Virus record (IMG/VR): IMGVR_UViG_3300037851_000039
Span: 1 to 25,975 of that record
DNA from: a virus
Lineage: Duplodnaviria > Caudoviricetes
Length of the DNA stretch: 25,975 nt
Strand: one strand, 5' to 3'
A model generated the notes under the pieces. That model saw nothing but the letters and a program-made list of their open reading frames with translations. It was not told the origin of the DNA and made no database searches. Positions 25,102-25,975 of this stretch are shown piece by piece. The stretch's first letter is position 1. Each line of letters opens with the position of its first letter. A program made the position numbers and the translations under genes.

Positions 25102-25231
25102 ATCTTGAAATTACGTACAGAATTCACGGCTTACGGTGATGAGGTTAGAGGACTTTAAAACCATAGGACTAGCCGATGATTCAAAAGAGATCATTTGTAG
25201 AAGGTGCGAAGTATCAATAAATATCTAAATT

Positions 25232-25822
25232 ATGCACAGCCAAAACAATGAAGAGGAGATTATCCTCAATTACTTTGATTATGTAGGCACGTTTGCTGAC
25301 ATAGGGGCCAATGACGGGGTAACCCTATCGAATACGAGGGCTTTGGCCGAGAGGGGATGGGGGGGTATTTTAGTAGAACCATCGCCACTTGCCTTTGAAA
25401 AGCTAAAGGAGAACATCAAAGGACTAAAGGGCGTTTACGCTTACCCGTTTGCCATTACAGACCACAACGGGGAAGTTAATCTATGGGAGTCGATGAGTCA
25501 CCTAAACCGGGGGGACGTGGGTTTATTGTCAACTACGGTTACAGATGAAATGAGGAGATGGCATGGGGAGAAGTTTAACCCCGTTATGGTTAAGTGTTTC
25601 CGCTGGAAGACGTTTCTAAACCGTGTTAAATACAAGTCCTTTGACTTTATCTCAATAGATTCCGAGGGCATGGACTTGGAGATACTCAAGCAGATAGATT
25701 TATCTAATACTAAGATGGTCTGCGTGGAGTGGAACGGAAAGAATAAACAGGCATTTATTGACGCTTGCCCTGGATTTAGGCTGATTGCGGAGAACCACGA
25801 GAACCTCATATTTGCACGATGA
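25232..25822 (+). CDS. FkbM-family methyltransferase
   Basis: HSQNNEE, FADIGANDG..LSNT, GWGGILVEP, DFISIDSEG.D.EILK, CVEW. Confidence 0.9.
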   Translation: MHSQNNEEEIILNYFDYVGTFADIGANDGVTLSNTRALAERGWGGILVEPSPLAFEKLKENIKGLKGVYAYPFAITDHNGEVNLWESMSHLNRGDVGLLSTTVTDEMRRWHGEKFNPVMVKCFRWKTFLNRVKYKSFDFISIDSEGMDLEILKQIDLSNTKMVCVEWNGKNKQAFIDACPGFRLIAENHENLIFAR

Positions 25823-25975
25823 CGCTAGATGAGAAAATGAAGAAAGAGAAGACGGGCAGGTTAATGCTTTCCGTTATAATGATAACTATCCCCGAAAGGG
25901 ACTTGTCATTTAGGAAACTCCACCTAAAACTACGTCAACAGTTAAAATACTGCAATCAGGTGCATCCTTCACTAG
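25819..25975 (+). CDS. GT2 glycosyltransferase, 5' part (truncated by window)
   Basis: ATGA overlap; MLSVIMITIP....F.KL...L.QQ parallels MKLSILICSLP....F..L...L..Q of 24544-25101; open to the edge. Confidence 0.6.
   Translation, partial: MTLDEKMKKEKTGRLMLSVIMITIPERDLSFRKLHLKLRQQLKYCNQVHPSL

Noticed and set aside
149-25809. All other minus-strand ORFs and nested plus-strand ORFs (7931, 10878, 13811)
   Set aside because: They overlap well-supported, coupled + strand genes and have non-protein-like composition
1-25975. Stop-codon reassignment
   Set aside because: Genes are full length under the standard code, and TAA, TAG and TGA all end genes

Overview
Fragment of a tailed dsDNA phage or prophage, probably a siphovirus of a Bacteroidota host (TTTG-N19-TAnnTTTG promoter, A-rich starts without Shine-Dalgarno). 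All credible genes are on the + strand, use the standard code and are often coupled by ATGA/GTGA overlaps. Order: (1) DNA-modification block (GNAT-like/amino-methyltransferase fusion, radical-SAM-like protein, C5 cytosine MTase, LuxR-type HTH, PAPS-reductase-family protein); (2) structured non-coding region, then a replication initiator with internal iterons; (3) small accessory ORFs; (4) terS/terL not followed by a portal; (5) tail genes, including a -1 frameshifted chaperone, a repeat-containing Ser/Thr/Asn/Gly-rich fibre coupled to a glycosyltransferase and a methyltransferase, and a tape measure protein; (6) ClpP-type protease, major capsid and probable tail tube; (7) a glycosyltransferase/O-methyltransferase cluster running off the right edge. 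The best candidate novel systems are a two-locus methylated-glycan virion-coating pathway and a GNAT-MTase plus radical-SAM DNA hypermodification module. All calls come from motifs read by eye; no searches were run.
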